A DNA stretch of 64,000 bases from Tepidisphaera sp. (GCA_050916045.1 CP051526.1:2080001-2144000), one strand, 5' to 3'; positions 1 to 9,849 are shown, numbered from the stretch's first letter. Notes: generated by a model from the letters alone, not told the origin. A program made the numbers and translations.

Positions 1-1
1 C

Positions 2-370
2 GTGACGCAACTCGGGCAGTCGCTTGAGATTCCGGCGGAAGCCCCGGCGATCGAGGAGATCCGGCGCGTCGTCACGGTCTTCCGCGAGCTTCGCGAGGGG
101 AAGACGATGGACGGCAAGAGCAAGCTCAAGCAGCCGAGCGGGTCGCTGAGCACCGCCGAAGCGATCAGCGTCGTGACCAGCGGGATGGCGCTCGCGGTGC
201 ACTTCGGCGACGGGCGGGTGAAAGCGGGCGACATCGCGAGCGGTATGCTCGGTGCGATCGTGAAGGATCCTGTTCAGGACCGCGTCGTGATGCAGGAGTA
301 TCTCGAGACCGTGGTCAAGGAACGCGACGGCTGGAAGGACGTCTATCGCGCCTGCAAGGACCTCCTCTAA
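2..370 (+). CDS. C-terminal part of a YehL-like AAA+ (MoxR-type) ATPase, truncated by the window edge
   Basis: 'FRELREGKT..KLKQPSGSLSTAEAIS' resembles the YehL-family C-terminus; it is followed by YehM-like and VWA genes as in yehLMP operons. Confidence 0.75.
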   Translation: MTQLGQSLEIPAEAPAIEEIRRVVTVFRELREGKTMDGKSKLKQPSGSLSTAEAISVVTSGMALAVHFGDGRVKAGDIASGMLGAIVKDPVQDRVVMQEYLETVVKERDGWKDVYRACKDLL

Positions 371-383
371 GCGACCACCGCCG

Positions 384-2630
384 ATGCCCCCCACCATCGA
401 CATCCTCGGCATCCGCCACCACGGCCCGGGCTCGGCGCGGATGGTGGTTGCCGCCCTTAAGAAGCTCAAGCCCGACGCCGTGCTCATCGAGGGCCCGCCG
501 GACGCGAACGAGATCCTGCCGCTCGCGGCCCACGCCGAGATGAAGCCGCCGGTCTCGCTTCTCGTCTATGAGCCAGATTCCCCGCAGAACGCCGCGTACT
601 ACCCCTTCGCGGAGTTCTCGCCGGAATGGCAAGCGATGCGATGGGGGCTCGCGAACCAGGCCGCGGTTCGGTTCATCGACCTGCCGTGGGCGAACCGCGC
701 GGACGCCGCCGACTCACGAGCGACCGAGGATGACCATGCCACCGACCAGGAACGCGCCGCACGCCATGGGGATCCGCTCGAGCTGCTCGCGCAGGCGGCG
801 GGGTACGAGGATGGCGAAGCGTGGTGGGGACGCCTGATCGAAGAGCGAGCGGACGGCGAGGAGCCCTCGGCAGTCTTCTCCGCCATCATCGAAGCGATGT
901 CGGCGACACACCCTGCGGGGGTTCGCAAGGATCGCGGTGCGGACAACGAGGTTCGCGAAGCCCACATGCGGCGGGCGATTCGGGCGGCTTCGAAGGAGGG
1001 GTTCGAGCGGATCGCGGTGGTCTGCGGCGCGTACCACGCGCCGGTGCTGACGTCCGCCGCGATCGAAGAGATCCCGGCGAAATCCGACGAGGCGTTGCTC
1101 AAGGGCTTGCCCAAGCGGAAGACGACCGCGACGTGGATTCCGTGGACCTACGACCGGCTGTCGATGTGGTCGGGGTACGGCGCTGGGGTGCACTCGCCCG
1201 GGTGGTACGACCATCTGTGGAAGCACCAAGAGGGCGCGGTCGAGCGGTGGATGACCCGCGTGGCTCGGCTGCTCCGAGCGGAAGATCTCGACGCTTCGCC
1301 GGCCCACATCATCGAAGCGTCGAGGCTGGCACGAACGCTCGCCTCGCTGCGCGGTCGGACGCTTGTGGGCCTTTCAGAACTGACAGAAGCGACGCTAAGC
1401 GTGCTCTGCGGGGGGAACCCCCTGCCGCTTCGGATCATCGAGCGGAAGCTGATCGTGGGGGTCAAGCTTGGTGAGACCCCGGAGGAAACGCCGGTGGTCC
1501 CGCTTCAGCGGGACCTGGCGGCCCAGCAGAAGTCGCTCCGGCTCAAACCGTCGGCGGACGACACGGTTCTGGACCTGGACCAGCGCAAGGAGATGGACCT
1601 GGCGCGGAGCAGGCTGCTTCACCGGCTTTGCATCCTGTCGGTGCCGTGGGGCGAGCTTCAGCGGGACTCCCGCCGGACCAAAGGGACGTTCCACGAAGTG
1701 TGGAAGCTCCAGTGGAAGCCCGAATTCGCGGTCGCGATCGTGGAAGCGGCCCGCTGGGGCAACACGGTCGAGGAAGCGGCCGCAGCTCGCGTCGGCGATC
1801 GGGCGGACCGGAGCGATGAGCTTTCCGAACTGACCGAACTGCTCGGGCATCTTTTGCTGGCCGACCTGCCCGGGGCGGTCGAGCGTGTGCTTGGGCGCAT
1901 CCAAGCGGTTTCGGCGGTCGCTTCGGACCTTGGGCACCTGATGCAGGCTCTTCCGGCGCTCGCGGGCGTGCTTCGGTACGGGAACGTGCGTCAGACGGAC
2001 ACGGCGCTGGTTGAGCCCGTGGTCGTGGGTTTGCTGGCACGAATCTGCGCGGGGCTGGGGCCTGCGTGCGGCTCGCTTGACGATGACGCGGCGGAAGCGA
2101 TGGCAGCGAACATCGACGGGGTGAACACGGCACTCTCGACGCTGGATCGGTCGGACTTGCTGGAGCCCTGGCGCGAGAAGTTAGCGGTGCTTGGCGACTC
2201 CCAAGCCCACGGGCGCGTCGCGGGACGCTGCTGCCGGATCCTCGTCGATGCCCATGTGATGGAGACCGCGGAAGCGGGGAAGCGGCTTTCGCTTGCGTTG
2301 TCGCGGGGGAACGATCCCGGAGCGGCATCAGCGTGGCTTGAGGGCTTCCTCTCGGGATCGGGGCTGGTGCTGGTGCACGACCGAAGCCTGCTTGGCATCA
2401 TCGACGAGTGGATCTGTTCGCTTTCGACGGACGACTTCGAGCAGACATGCCCGATCGTGCGTCGCACCTTTTCGACGTTCGCCAAGCCCGAGCGGAGGCA
2501 GATCGGCGAAGCCCTCAGGCGAAGCTCGTCCGCGGCGGGACCGGCGATGGAAGCGGCGGATGACTATGACCCGGTCCGCGGCGCAATGGTGGACCCGGTG
2601 CTCACCCTTATCCTCGGAGAACTGCCATGA
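384..2630 (+). CDS. DUF5682 / YehM-like protein
   Basis: N-terminal 'GIRHHGPGSAR', 'LIEGP', 'YYPFAEFSPEW', 'VVCGAYH', 'SGYGAGV.SPGWY' motifs; stop overlaps the next start (ATGA). Confidence 0.85.
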   Translation: MPPTIDILGIRHHGPGSARMVVAALKKLKPDAVLIEGPPDANEILPLAAHAEMKPPVSLLVYEPDSPQNAAYYPFAEFSPEWQAMRWGLANQAAVRFIDLPWANRADAADSRATEDDHATDQERAARHGDPLELLAQAAGYEDGEAWWGRLIEERADGEEPSAVFSAIIEAMSATHPAGVRKDRGADNEVREAHMRRAIRAASKEGFERIAVVCGAYHAPVLTSAAIEEIPAKSDEALLKGLPKRKTTATWIPWTYDRLSMWSGYGAGVHSPGWYDHLWKHQEGAVERWMTRVARLLRAEDLDASPAHIIEASRLARTLASLRGRTLVGLSELTEATLSVLCGGNPLPLRIIERKLIVGVKLGETPEETPVVPLQRDLAAQQKSLRLKPSADDTVLDLDQRKEMDLARSRLLHRLCILSVPWGELQRDSRRTKGTFHEVWKLQWKPEFAVAIVEAARWGNTVEEAAAARVGDRADRSDELSELTELLGHLLLADLPGAVERVLGRIQAVSAVASDLGHLMQALPALAGVLRYGNVRQTDTALVEPVVVGLLARICAGLGPACGSLDDDAAEAMAANIDGVNTALSTLDRSDLLEPWREKLAVLGDSQAHGRVAGRCCRILVDAHVMETAEAGKRLSLALSRGNDPGAASAWLEGFLSGSGLVLVHDRSLLGIIDEWICSLSTDDFEQTCPIVRRTFSTFAKPERRQIGEALRRSSSAAGPAMEAADDYDPVRGAMVDPVLTLILGELP

Positions 2631-3808
2631 GCACGCCGGACGCGACGGAACGCCTCAAGCGGTGGCGGATGCTCCTCGGCGGCGGGGAAGCGGACGGCCT
2701 TGGCATCAATCTCGGCGGCCGCGAAGCCGCGATGGACCGCGCGCTCGGCATGCTTTATGACGCGGACGGCGAAGATGGTCGGGAGCGTCGCGGCGGCCTC
2801 GGTGGGTCGGCTCCGCGAGCGGCACGCTGGCTTGGCGATATCCGCGAGTTCTTCCCGTCGTCGGTCGTGCGGGTGATGCAGAAGGACGCGATCGAGCGTC
2901 TGGACCTGCGGTCGCTGCTTCTCGAGCCCGAGATGCTCGAAGCGGCCCAGCCGGACATCGAGCTTGTAACCACGCTGATGTCGCTTTCGGGCGTGATCCC
3001 GCAGAAAGCCAAAGCCACGGCCCGTCTGGTCGTGCAGAAAGTCGTCGAGGACCTCAAACGCAAGCTTGAGGCGCCGATGCGGCAGGCGGTTTCGGGCGCA
3101 CTCAAACGTTCGACCCGCACGCGGCGGCCGCGCCACAACGAGATCGACTGGAACCGCACGATCCGGGCCAACCTCAAGCACTATCAGCCGGAGTACAAGA
3201 CGATCGTGCCGGAATCCCGCATCGGGTACGGCCGCCGCCGAAGCGAGCTCAAGTCCGTCATCATCTGCATCGACCAGTCGGGGTCGATGGGGCAGTCTGT
3301 GGTGTATTCCGGCGTCTTCGGAGCGGTGCTCGCATCGATTCCGGCTCTGCGGACGGACGTCGTCGCGTTCGACACGGCGATCACGGACCTGACGGAGAAG
3401 ATGACCGACCCGGTGGATGTCCTGCTGGGGGTGCAGCTCGGCGGGGGCACCGACATCAACCGGGCGCTCGCGTACTGCCAGACGCTGGTGCGCAAGCCGG
3501 CGGACACCGTGCTTGTGCTGATCACCGACCTGTACGAAGGTGGGGACGCGAAGGAGATGATCAAGCGGGCGGCGGCACTGACAACGTCCGGGGTTCGGAT
3601 GGTGACGCTTCTGGCCCTTTCGGACGAAGGGGCTCCCTCGTTTGACGCGAAGAACGCGGCGGCGCTCGCGGCCCTGGGCGTCCCGAGCTTCGCCTGCACA
3701 CCGGACAAGTTCGCGGACCTGATGGCCGCGGCGATTCAAAGCCGGGATCTCTCGCTGTGGGCGTCCGAGAACGGGATGTCGGCGGCGAGGGCCCGCGACG
3801 AGATCTGA
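2627..3808 (+). CDS. VWA domain protein (YehP/CoxE-like)
   Basis: MIDAS motif 'DQSGSM', 'GGGTDI', 'ITDLYEG'; 'RWRMLLG' N-terminus. Confidence 0.88.
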   Translation: MSTPDATERLKRWRMLLGGGEADGLGINLGGREAAMDRALGMLYDADGEDGRERRGGLGGSAPRAARWLGDIREFFPSSVVRVMQKDAIERLDLRSLLLEPEMLEAAQPDIELVTTLMSLSGVIPQKAKATARLVVQKVVEDLKRKLEAPMRQAVSGALKRSTRTRRPRHNEIDWNRTIRANLKHYQPEYKTIVPESRIGYGRRRSELKSVIICIDQSGSMGQSVVYSGVFGAVLASIPALRTDVVAFDTAITDLTEKMTDPVDVLLGVQLGGGTDINRALAYCQTLVRKPADTVLVLITDLYEGGDAKEMIKRAAALTTSGVRMVTLLALSDEGAPSFDAKNAAALAALGVPSFACTPDKFADLMAAAIQSRDLSLWASENGMSAARARDEI

Positions 3809-3836
3809 TTCAGAATCGCGAGCTCCGTGCGCACAC

Positions 3837-5303
3837 TCAGGCCGACTTGCGGGCGGGTGGGCGGCTGAGCGTGGCAAACTCCGCGATCGGGCGGGGTTCC
3901 TTGCCAGGGAACCGTACCTGCATCTCGCCAGTGTTGCTCACCCGGATCTGCACAGGGCCGGCGAGTTCGCGATCGAACTCGTAGACGATCGCGCCGTGCT
4001 GGAGCCTGACCTTGGGATAGACCATGCGGCCGACGTTCACTTCGCAGGAACGGCCGCGTGAGAAGGCTTCCTGGAGGCGGTTGCGTTCGGTTTCGAGACC
4101 GGCGAGCTGGCGAGCCAGACCGCTTCGCTCGTACTGGATCTCGGTGAGTTGTTCGCGTGTGGAAGCGGTGTTGCCGCCGCCGGCGGCGCACTGGAGGGTG
4201 AGGGCGGCTTCGTCCTTGGCGGTGATGGAGGCTTGTATCCGCGCGATCTCACCGTTGAGTCGCTTGAGCTCAAGGCTGAGAAGCGGGAGTTCCCCGAAGA
4301 TGAGTGTCGTCGGCTCGGCTTGCGGCGATCCGATTGCGGCGATAAAGGCGCAGCCCGTCAAGGTCGCGACGCCACCGACCACGCTGGCGGTCTCGGCGTG
4401 GAACTCGCCGCCGACGGTGACATCGCACCCTTCGAGCCGGTCGCGGCAGGAGAAATGAGATCGGAAGATCGCCGCCATGTTCCGGGTCGGGCCAAGCGTG
4501 GTCGGTCCACCGGCGACGACCTTGGCCCGTCGCTTGGATGAAATTCCGCCGAAGCAGACAAGCTGGCCGCCGCAGACGAGCTGAGCCCCTTCGATCTTCC
4601 CGTCAACGAAGATGTTCCCGGAAGCGTGAACCTTGATCCCGTCACCGATGGATCCGTCGACGAGAATGTCACCCTTGAAGTTCACGCTGCCCGTGGTCGG
4701 GGTGATGGAGCCCTTGACGTGATGGAGCGGTGAAACCTGTGCGAGTCCCTTGACGACCCAGACGGCTCCGTCGTGCGAAGCGGTCACCACGCCCTCGGGG
4801 CCAAGATCAAGACCGTCACCGGGCCGGATCGCTGAAGCCTTGCCGCAAACAGCAGGGATCACCGCACCGGTCACGCTCTGTCCATCGACGCCCTCGGTCG
4901 GCGGGGTGTACGTCGCCACGCGCACTCCCTTACGGGCGACGAAGAGTTTCGGAGACGGAGGGTCGTTGCGCTCTCCCTCGGCAAGGGCGGCGACGCCGGG
5001 GTCGAAAGCGTGCTCCCACGCCCAGGTCCCGGGCTGGCCGCGCTGCGCTGGAACGGCGTGAGCGAGCTCGGTCGAGAGGTCTTGTGCGCCATCGCCGTAC
5101 TCGCGGATCACCTCGGCAAGGCGTGCTTCGACGGCGAGCGTCATGCGGACGCCAGCGACGGTCGCTGCTTCCTTGATGACCGAGGGCGTGAGTTGACCGG
5201 AAGCCAGCCCCGCTGGAACTTCAATCTGCGCCTTCTGCCCTCCATCAATGACACGAACCTTGATGTCCTGGGAAGTTGGCATACTGGCCCCCGCCACGCT
5301 CAC
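3837..5303 (-). CDS. FapA / DUF342 family protein
   Basis: 'PPTEGVDGQSVTG', 'TTGSVNFKGDILVDGSI' beta-helix-like region and C-terminal coiled coil; overlaps the cheY stop. Confidence 0.75.
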   Translation of the reverse strand: MSVAGASMPTSQDIKVRVIDGGQKAQIEVPAGLASGQLTPSVIKEAATVAGVRMTLAVEARLAEVIREYGDGAQDLSTELAHAVPAQRGQPGTWAWEHAFDPGVAALAEGERNDPPSPKLFVARKGVRVATYTPPTEGVDGQSVTGAVIPAVCGKASAIRPGDGLDLGPEGVVTASHDGAVWVVKGLAQVSPLHHVKGSITPTTGSVNFKGDILVDGSIGDGIKVHASGNIFVDGKIEGAQLVCGGQLVCFGGISSKRRAKVVAGGPTTLGPTRNMAAIFRSHFSCRDRLEGCDVTVGGEFHAETASVVGGVATLTGCAFIAAIGSPQAEPTTLIFGELPLLSLELKRLNGEIARIQASITAKDEAALTLQCAAGGGNTASTREQLTEIQYERSGLARQLAGLETERNRLQEAFSRGRSCEVNVGRMVYPKVRLQHGAIVYEFDRELAGPVQIRVSNTGEMQVRFPGKEPRPIAEFATLSRPPARKSA

Positions 5304-5674
5304 GCCGCCTTCGCGGCACGAGCCATGGTTTCCTTGAGCTTCTCACCGAAGGTATCGGGCGTGAACGGCTTGACCACGTAGTTGTTGACGCCGGCCTTGA
5401 TCGCCTCGACAACGCGGGTCTTCTCCGCTTCGGTGGTGACCATGATGATGGGTGCTTTGCGTCCCTTGGCGCGGTACTGTCGCACAAAGGTGATGCCGTC
5501 CATGACGGGCATGTTCCAGTCGCAGAGGATGAGCTCGGGGTCGAAAGCGTCGACCTTGCTGAGCGCGTCCTGACCGTCTCCGGCTTCCTCGATCTGGGTA
5601 TGTCCCAGGCTCGAGAGGATGCTCTTCTGGATGTTCCTCATGGTCTTGGAATCGTCGATGATGAAGATGCGCAT
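5300..5674 (-). CDS. cheY: CheY-like single-domain response regulator
   Basis: 'IIDDS', phosphoacceptor 'CDWNMP', 'VTTE', 'YVVKPF'. Confidence 0.9.
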   Translation of the reverse strand: MRIFIIDDSKTMRNIQKSILSSLGHTQIEEAGDGQDALSKVDAFDPELILCDWNMPVMDGITFVRQYRAKGRKAPIIMVTTEAEKTRVVEAIKAGVNNYVVKPFTPDTFGEKLKETMARAAKAA

Positions 5675-5698
5675 GGGCTCGTTCCTGCGTGTGTGCGA

Positions 5699-6175
5699 TT
5701 AGGCGGCCCGGGACTGGCGGGCCTCATCCCGGATGGCGACGTCGATGCTGAACTCCCCGCAGTACACCTGGCAGGGGAGCGAAATGCAGACGGTGCGTGC
5801 GGTTCGGGCGATGGTGTGCCCGGGTCCGATCACGACCGACGGCGTGGAGATGCTGACTTTCTTGCCTTCGAACTTTGCTTTCGCGGCGCCGGAGATCATG
5901 TTGACGATCTCGCCGAGCGCGTCCGCGAAGTCCGGGCTGGTGATCGGGAGGTCGCTTCCAGCGAACTTGCCGATGACCACCTTGGCGACCGGAGCTGGAA
6001 AGCTCAGCACGACCGACCCCACCACATCTCCCGACATTCCGATAATCCCGGAGATGTCAAAGCGGGGCAGAGTTTCGGAGACGTGAGGCTTCCCGAGCGT
6101 GACGTCAATGTGGATCATCGTCGAGAAGACGGATCGCACGGCCTCGATAAAGGGGGTGATGTAGCGTACGTCCAT
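5699..6175 (-). CDS. cheX: CheX chemotaxis phosphatase
   Basis: 'ISGIIGMSG', catalytic E-x-x-N in 'GEIVNMISG', 'ISTPSVVIG'; Shine-Dalgarno AAGGAG upstream. Confidence 0.9.
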   Translation of the reverse strand: MDVRYITPFIEAVRSVFSTMIHIDVTLGKPHVSETLPRFDISGIIGMSGDVVGSVVLSFPAPVAKVVIGKFAGSDLPITSPDFADALGEIVNMISGAAKAKFEGKKVSISTPSVVIGPGHTIARTARTVCISLPCQVYCGEFSIDVAIRDEARQSRAA

Positions 6176-6267
6176 CGAGTCGACACTCCTTTGGGTGCTT
6201 GGATCTGCTCCCCTTCCTTCGGCGATTCGGAGCCGCCTCTCCTGTCGGCGGTTCGCACTTTTGCAAG

Positions 6268-6312
6268 TTGCGTGCGGGTACGCAACCAGTACGGGTCGAC
6301 ATTCACCGATAC
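6268..6312 (+). promoter_or_regulatory. Palindrome plus sigma28(FliA)-like promoter upstream of cheA
   Basis: TTGCGT-gcgggt-ACGCAA, then CCAG-N15-ACCGATAC; the same arrangement recurs at 9729-9773. Confidence 0.6.
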
Positions 6313-6370
6313 ATACCGCCGCGTCGATGACGCGATCACTGTCCTACCCCTGAAGAAAGGAAGCCCCCGC

Positions 6371-9052
6371 GTGCTGGCCAATCTCAACGAGCGCGTCGAG
6401 CAAATTGCACGGATGGTCGTTCTCTCGGACTCCGGCGATCTGCCGGGTTTGGTCGCTCTGCAAGAGCAGGCGACCGTCCTCGCATCCGACCTTGAAACCG
6501 AGCACGCTTCGCAGCTCGCCGATCTCGCCAAGAAGATCGGCGCACTGGCCGAAGCGATCGTGCTGCGCGGAATGCCCGACGTCGATCGCGCATTCCGCGA
6601 GATCGGCGAGGTGACTGACCGCCTCCAGGCCGCCATCGCCAATGGTGCCCAGCCGCAGACGAACCAGGCGTCCGGCACGTCCGGCGATGACGAGCTTGTC
6701 ACCGCGTGGATCACCGGCTGCGAGGGCACGCTTACAGACCTTGAAGGCAAGCTCCTCGCGATGGAGCGCACGCCGACCGACCGGGAGGTGATCGGCGAGA
6801 TCCGCCGGATGATGCACACCCTCAAAGGCGAGTGCGGGGTGCTCTCGCTCCACACCGCGCAGAAACTGTGCCACGAAGCCGAAACGCTCATCGATCTCAA
6901 GATTGACGCCGGACAGGCGGTCCCGATCGATCCGTTCCTTGGCGTGCTGGACTGGCTCCGCAACTACGTCACACGGCTCTCGTCGGATCACAAAGCGACT
7001 CCGACCGACCACACGCCCGTCATGGAAGCGATCCTCGCCGCCCAGCGATCCGTGAGCCCGGAAAGCTCGCAGCAGGCCTCCACGACACCGACGACGCACG
7101 CTCCGACGAACTCCGCAACGACCCCGTCGGCACCCGCCGTGATCGAAGCTCCGCTGACGACGATCGCCACGGGACCGGTGGAATCGACGGCTTCGGTGAC
7201 CGCGCCCGCGGCTTCGACTGTGACCTCCCCGTCGGACCAGACGGCGATCACCTTCGCGCCCCAAGCCGGGACGGAGGAGAATCTCGCGGACTTCCTCTGC
7301 GAGGCTCGCGACCATATCGCGAGCTCGGAGGAAGCCCTCCTGCAGCTGGATCAGGACCGCGAGAACACCGAGCTGATCAACACGGTCTTCCGCGCGTTCC
7401 ACACGATCAAGGGCGTTTCGGGATTCATGGCTCTCAAGCCGATCGTGTCGCTTGCCCACAGCGCCGAGCAGCTTCTCGACGGCGCCCGGAGCGGCACGCT
7501 CAAGCTCGGCAAGAACGAGCTTGATCTCACGCTGGCGTCGTGCGACCTGATGACCAAGCTGCTGGGTGTGCTCGAAGGAGCCACGGGCCCGAGCCAGGGC
7601 GACTTTGACGCGCTGATCCGCCGGCTCGACGCCGCCGCCGCGGGGACACCCCTGCCCGAAGCCGCGCCGCCCATGCGAGCGGAGATCAAGCCGGCCGCCG
7701 AGGCGGAAGCCAAAGCGACCGTCGCGACGCCATCCCCCACCGTCGCCGCCGCCGCCGCCGCGACGGATCGAGAGCACGAGCAGGAAGGCGGGGGCACATC
7801 CAAGCTGAAGAAGTCCGACCAGACGGTCAAGGTCAGCACCTCTCGAATGGACAGCCTGGTCACGATGGTCGGCGAGCTTGTGATCGCCCAGCAGATGATC
7901 GTGCAGGACGTCTCGACCACGGGTGCGAGCAACCAGCGACTGCACCGCACGCTCAGCCACATGGGCAAGATGATCCGAGACCTGCAGGAAGTCTCGATGT
8001 CGCTTCGGATGGTGAACCTCAAGAGCACCTTCCAGAAGATGACGCGTCTGGCTCGCGACGTCTCCCAGAAAGCCGGCAAGCAGATCGAGGTCATTGCGGA
8101 AGGTGAGGACGTCGAGCTTGACCGGAACGTCGTCGAAGCGATCACCGATCCGCTCGTCCACATGATCCGCAACTCCTGCGACCACGGCGTCGAAGGGTCG
8201 GAGGAACGCCTGGCCGCGGGCAAGCCCGCGACTGGTCACGTCGGCTTGCGTGCCTACCACTCCGGCGGGTCGATCGTCATCGAGATCTCCGACGACGGCC
8301 GCGGTCTTCGTCGTGAGAAACTCCTCGCCAAAGCCAAGGCCAAGGGGCTTCTCCCGCCGGACAAGGACGAGGACTCGATGCCGGACAGCGAGGTCTTCGC
8401 TCTGATCTTCCTGCCCGGGTTCTCGACGGCGGAGAAGGTCACGGACATTTCCGGACGCGGCGTCGGCATGGACGTCGTCCGCCGGAACATCGAGGCTCTT
8501 CGCGGCAAGATCGAGATCCGTTCCACGCCGGGCAAGGGCACCACGTTCCTGCTGCGGCTGCCGCTGACGATGGCGATCATCGATGGGATGGTGGTCCGCG
8601 TGGGCAAGCAGCGCTACGTGCTCCCGACGCTCACGATCCAGCAGAGCTTCCGCCCGCGTGAAGACGACATCAAGACGGTGGTGGGCGTCGGCGAGATGGT
8701 GAAGGTGCGCGGCTCGATGCTGCCCATCTACCGCCTCAACCGCGTGCTCCAGCTCAACGAGGGCCACACGCGGGTCGAGGATGCGCTGCTGATCGTGATG
8801 GAAGCGGACGACACGCGGTTCTGCCTGATGGTGGACGAGATCCTCGGCCAGCAGCAGGTGGTGATCAAGACGTTGACTCAGACCGGGCAGAACCTTCGGG
8901 GCGTGTCCGGCGGGGCGATCCTGGGTGACGGGCGCGTGGCCCTCATTCTTGAAATCGCGCAGGTGAAGGCTCTGGCCACGGAGGGATCGGACGGTCCGGT
9001 CGCTCCCGCTCGGATGGAAACAAAGCCCGGCGCACAACGCGCCGCGGCGTGA
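6371..9052 (+). CDS. cheA: Chemotaxis histidine kinase CheA with two HPt domains
   Basis: Probable GTG start at 6371 after AAAGGAAG (the ORF-track start at 5276 runs antisense over cheY/cheX). HPt motifs 'HTLKG' and 'HTIKG'; 'HMIRNSCDHG', 'DDGRG', 'GFST', 'GRGVGMDVV'; C-terminal CheW-like domain. Confidence 0.95.
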   Translation: MLANLNERVEQIARMVVLSDSGDLPGLVALQEQATVLASDLETEHASQLADLAKKIGALAEAIVLRGMPDVDRAFREIGEVTDRLQAAIANGAQPQTNQASGTSGDDELVTAWITGCEGTLTDLEGKLLAMERTPTDREVIGEIRRMMHTLKGECGVLSLHTAQKLCHEAETLIDLKIDAGQAVPIDPFLGVLDWLRNYVTRLSSDHKATPTDHTPVMEAILAAQRSVSPESSQQASTTPTTHAPTNSATTPSAPAVIEAPLTTIATGPVESTASVTAPAASTVTSPSDQTAITFAPQAGTEENLADFLCEARDHIASSEEALLQLDQDRENTELINTVFRAFHTIKGVSGFMALKPIVSLAHSAEQLLDGARSGTLKLGKNELDLTLASCDLMTKLLGVLEGATGPSQGDFDALIRRLDAAAAGTPLPEAAPPMRAEIKPAAEAEAKATVATPSPTVAAAAAATDREHEQEGGGTSKLKKSDQTVKVSTSRMDSLVTMVGELVIAQQMIVQDVSTTGASNQRLHRTLSHMGKMIRDLQEVSMSLRMVNLKSTFQKMTRLARDVSQKAGKQIEVIAEGEDVELDRNVVEAITDPLVHMIRNSCDHGVEGSEERLAAGKPATGHVGLRAYHSGGSIVIEISDDGRGLRREKLLAKAKAKGLLPPDKDEDSMPDSEVFALIFLPGFSTAEKVTDISGRGVGMDVVRRNIEALRGKIEIRSTPGKGTTFLLRLPLTMAIIDGMVVRVGKQRYVLPTLTIQQSFRPREDDIKTVVGVGEMVKVRGSMLPIYRLNRVLQLNEGHTRVEDALLIVMEADDTRFCLMVDEILGQQQVVIKTLTQTGQNLRGVSGGAILGDGRVALILEIAQVKALATEGSDGPVAPARMETKPGAQRAAA

Positions 9053-9067
9053 GGGAAAGGATGACCT

Positions 9068-9619
9068 ATGGCGACGACGATCAAGAACACGATGGAGAAC
9101 AAGGCTCAGGACGCTTCCGGCCCCGCTCAGAAGGTGCTTTCCTTCGGGCTTGGCAAGGAGGAGTACGGTCTGGACATTCTGGCGGTGCGTGAGATCATCG
9201 GGCTGATCGACATCACGCCGCTCCCGCGCACGCCCTCGTACGTGAAGGGTGTGATCAACCTCCGCGGCAAGATCATCCCGGTGATCGAGCTCCGCTCGCG
9301 GTTCGGGATGCAGTCCGTCTCGTACACGGAAGAGACCTGCATCATCGTGGTGGATGTTCCCGCCGAGGGCGAGGGCGAATCGCGTCTGATGGGCGTCGTC
9401 GTCGACACGGTCCGCGAAGTGCTCGACATCCCGGTCTCCGCCATCGAGCCCCCGCCGCGGTTCGGCTGCAGCATCCCGCTGGACTACATCACCGGCATCG
9501 GCAAGGTGAAGAACAAGGTCGTCGTCATGCTCGACACGACGAAGGTGATGAACCCCGCCGAAGCGACGGCTTTGAACACGGCGATGTCCGAGAACGCCCC
9601 GGTCGCCAAAGCCGCCTGA
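9068..9619 (+). CDS. cheW: CheW adaptor
   Basis: 'EEYGLDILAVREI', 'GVINLRGKIIPV'. Confidence 0.95.
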   Translation: MATTIKNTMENKAQDASGPAQKVLSFGLGKEEYGLDILAVREIIGLIDITPLPRTPSYVKGVINLRGKIIPVIELRSRFGMQSVSYTEETCIIVVDVPAEGEGESRLMGVVVDTVREVLDIPVSAIEPPPRFGCSIPLDYITGIGKVKNKVVVMLDTTKVMNPAEATALNTAMSENAPVAKAA

Positions 9620-9642
9620 TCATCCACGCCCTGATCCGTGAC

Positions 9643-9688
9643 GCGAGCGGCCTCCCAGTTTCAAGGGAGGCCGCTCGCTTTTGTTTTG
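9643..9688 (+). terminator. Rho-independent terminator after cheW
   Basis: 14-bp stem GCGAGCGGCCTCCC / GGGAGGCCGCTCGC followed by TTTTGTTTT. Confidence 0.85.
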
Positions 9689-9728
9689 CGGTTCGCTCTG
9701 TGCGGCCCGGCGCTTCTCGAAAGCCCAC

Positions 9729-9773
9729 TTGCGTGCCACTACGCATCCAGAAGCGGGGTTTGCGCACCGATGT
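9729..9773 (+). promoter_or_regulatory. Palindrome plus sigma28-like promoter upstream of the MCP array
   Basis: TTGCGT-gccact-ACGCAT, then CCAG-N15-ACCGATGT; 18 of the first 22 nt match 6268-6289. Confidence 0.6.
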
Positions 9774-9849
9774 ACTGTGGCCGTCCTTTGGCGCGAGGCG
9801 CTGTTCACCGCGCCAGGACGAACTTTCGACCCTTCAGGAGACATGATCT

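Noticed and set aside
5276..6370. Apparent 365-aa N-terminal extension of CheA in the ORF track
   Set aside because: It is the antisense shadow of cheY/cheX plus the promoter region; a GTG with a Shine-Dalgarno sequence at 6371 is the plausible start
9782..9820. Hairpin in the MCP1 leader as a c-di-GMP riboswitch
   Set aside because: A single GC-rich stem (CGTCC..TGGCGCG / CGCGCCA-GGACG) without the two-stem GEMM consensus motifs
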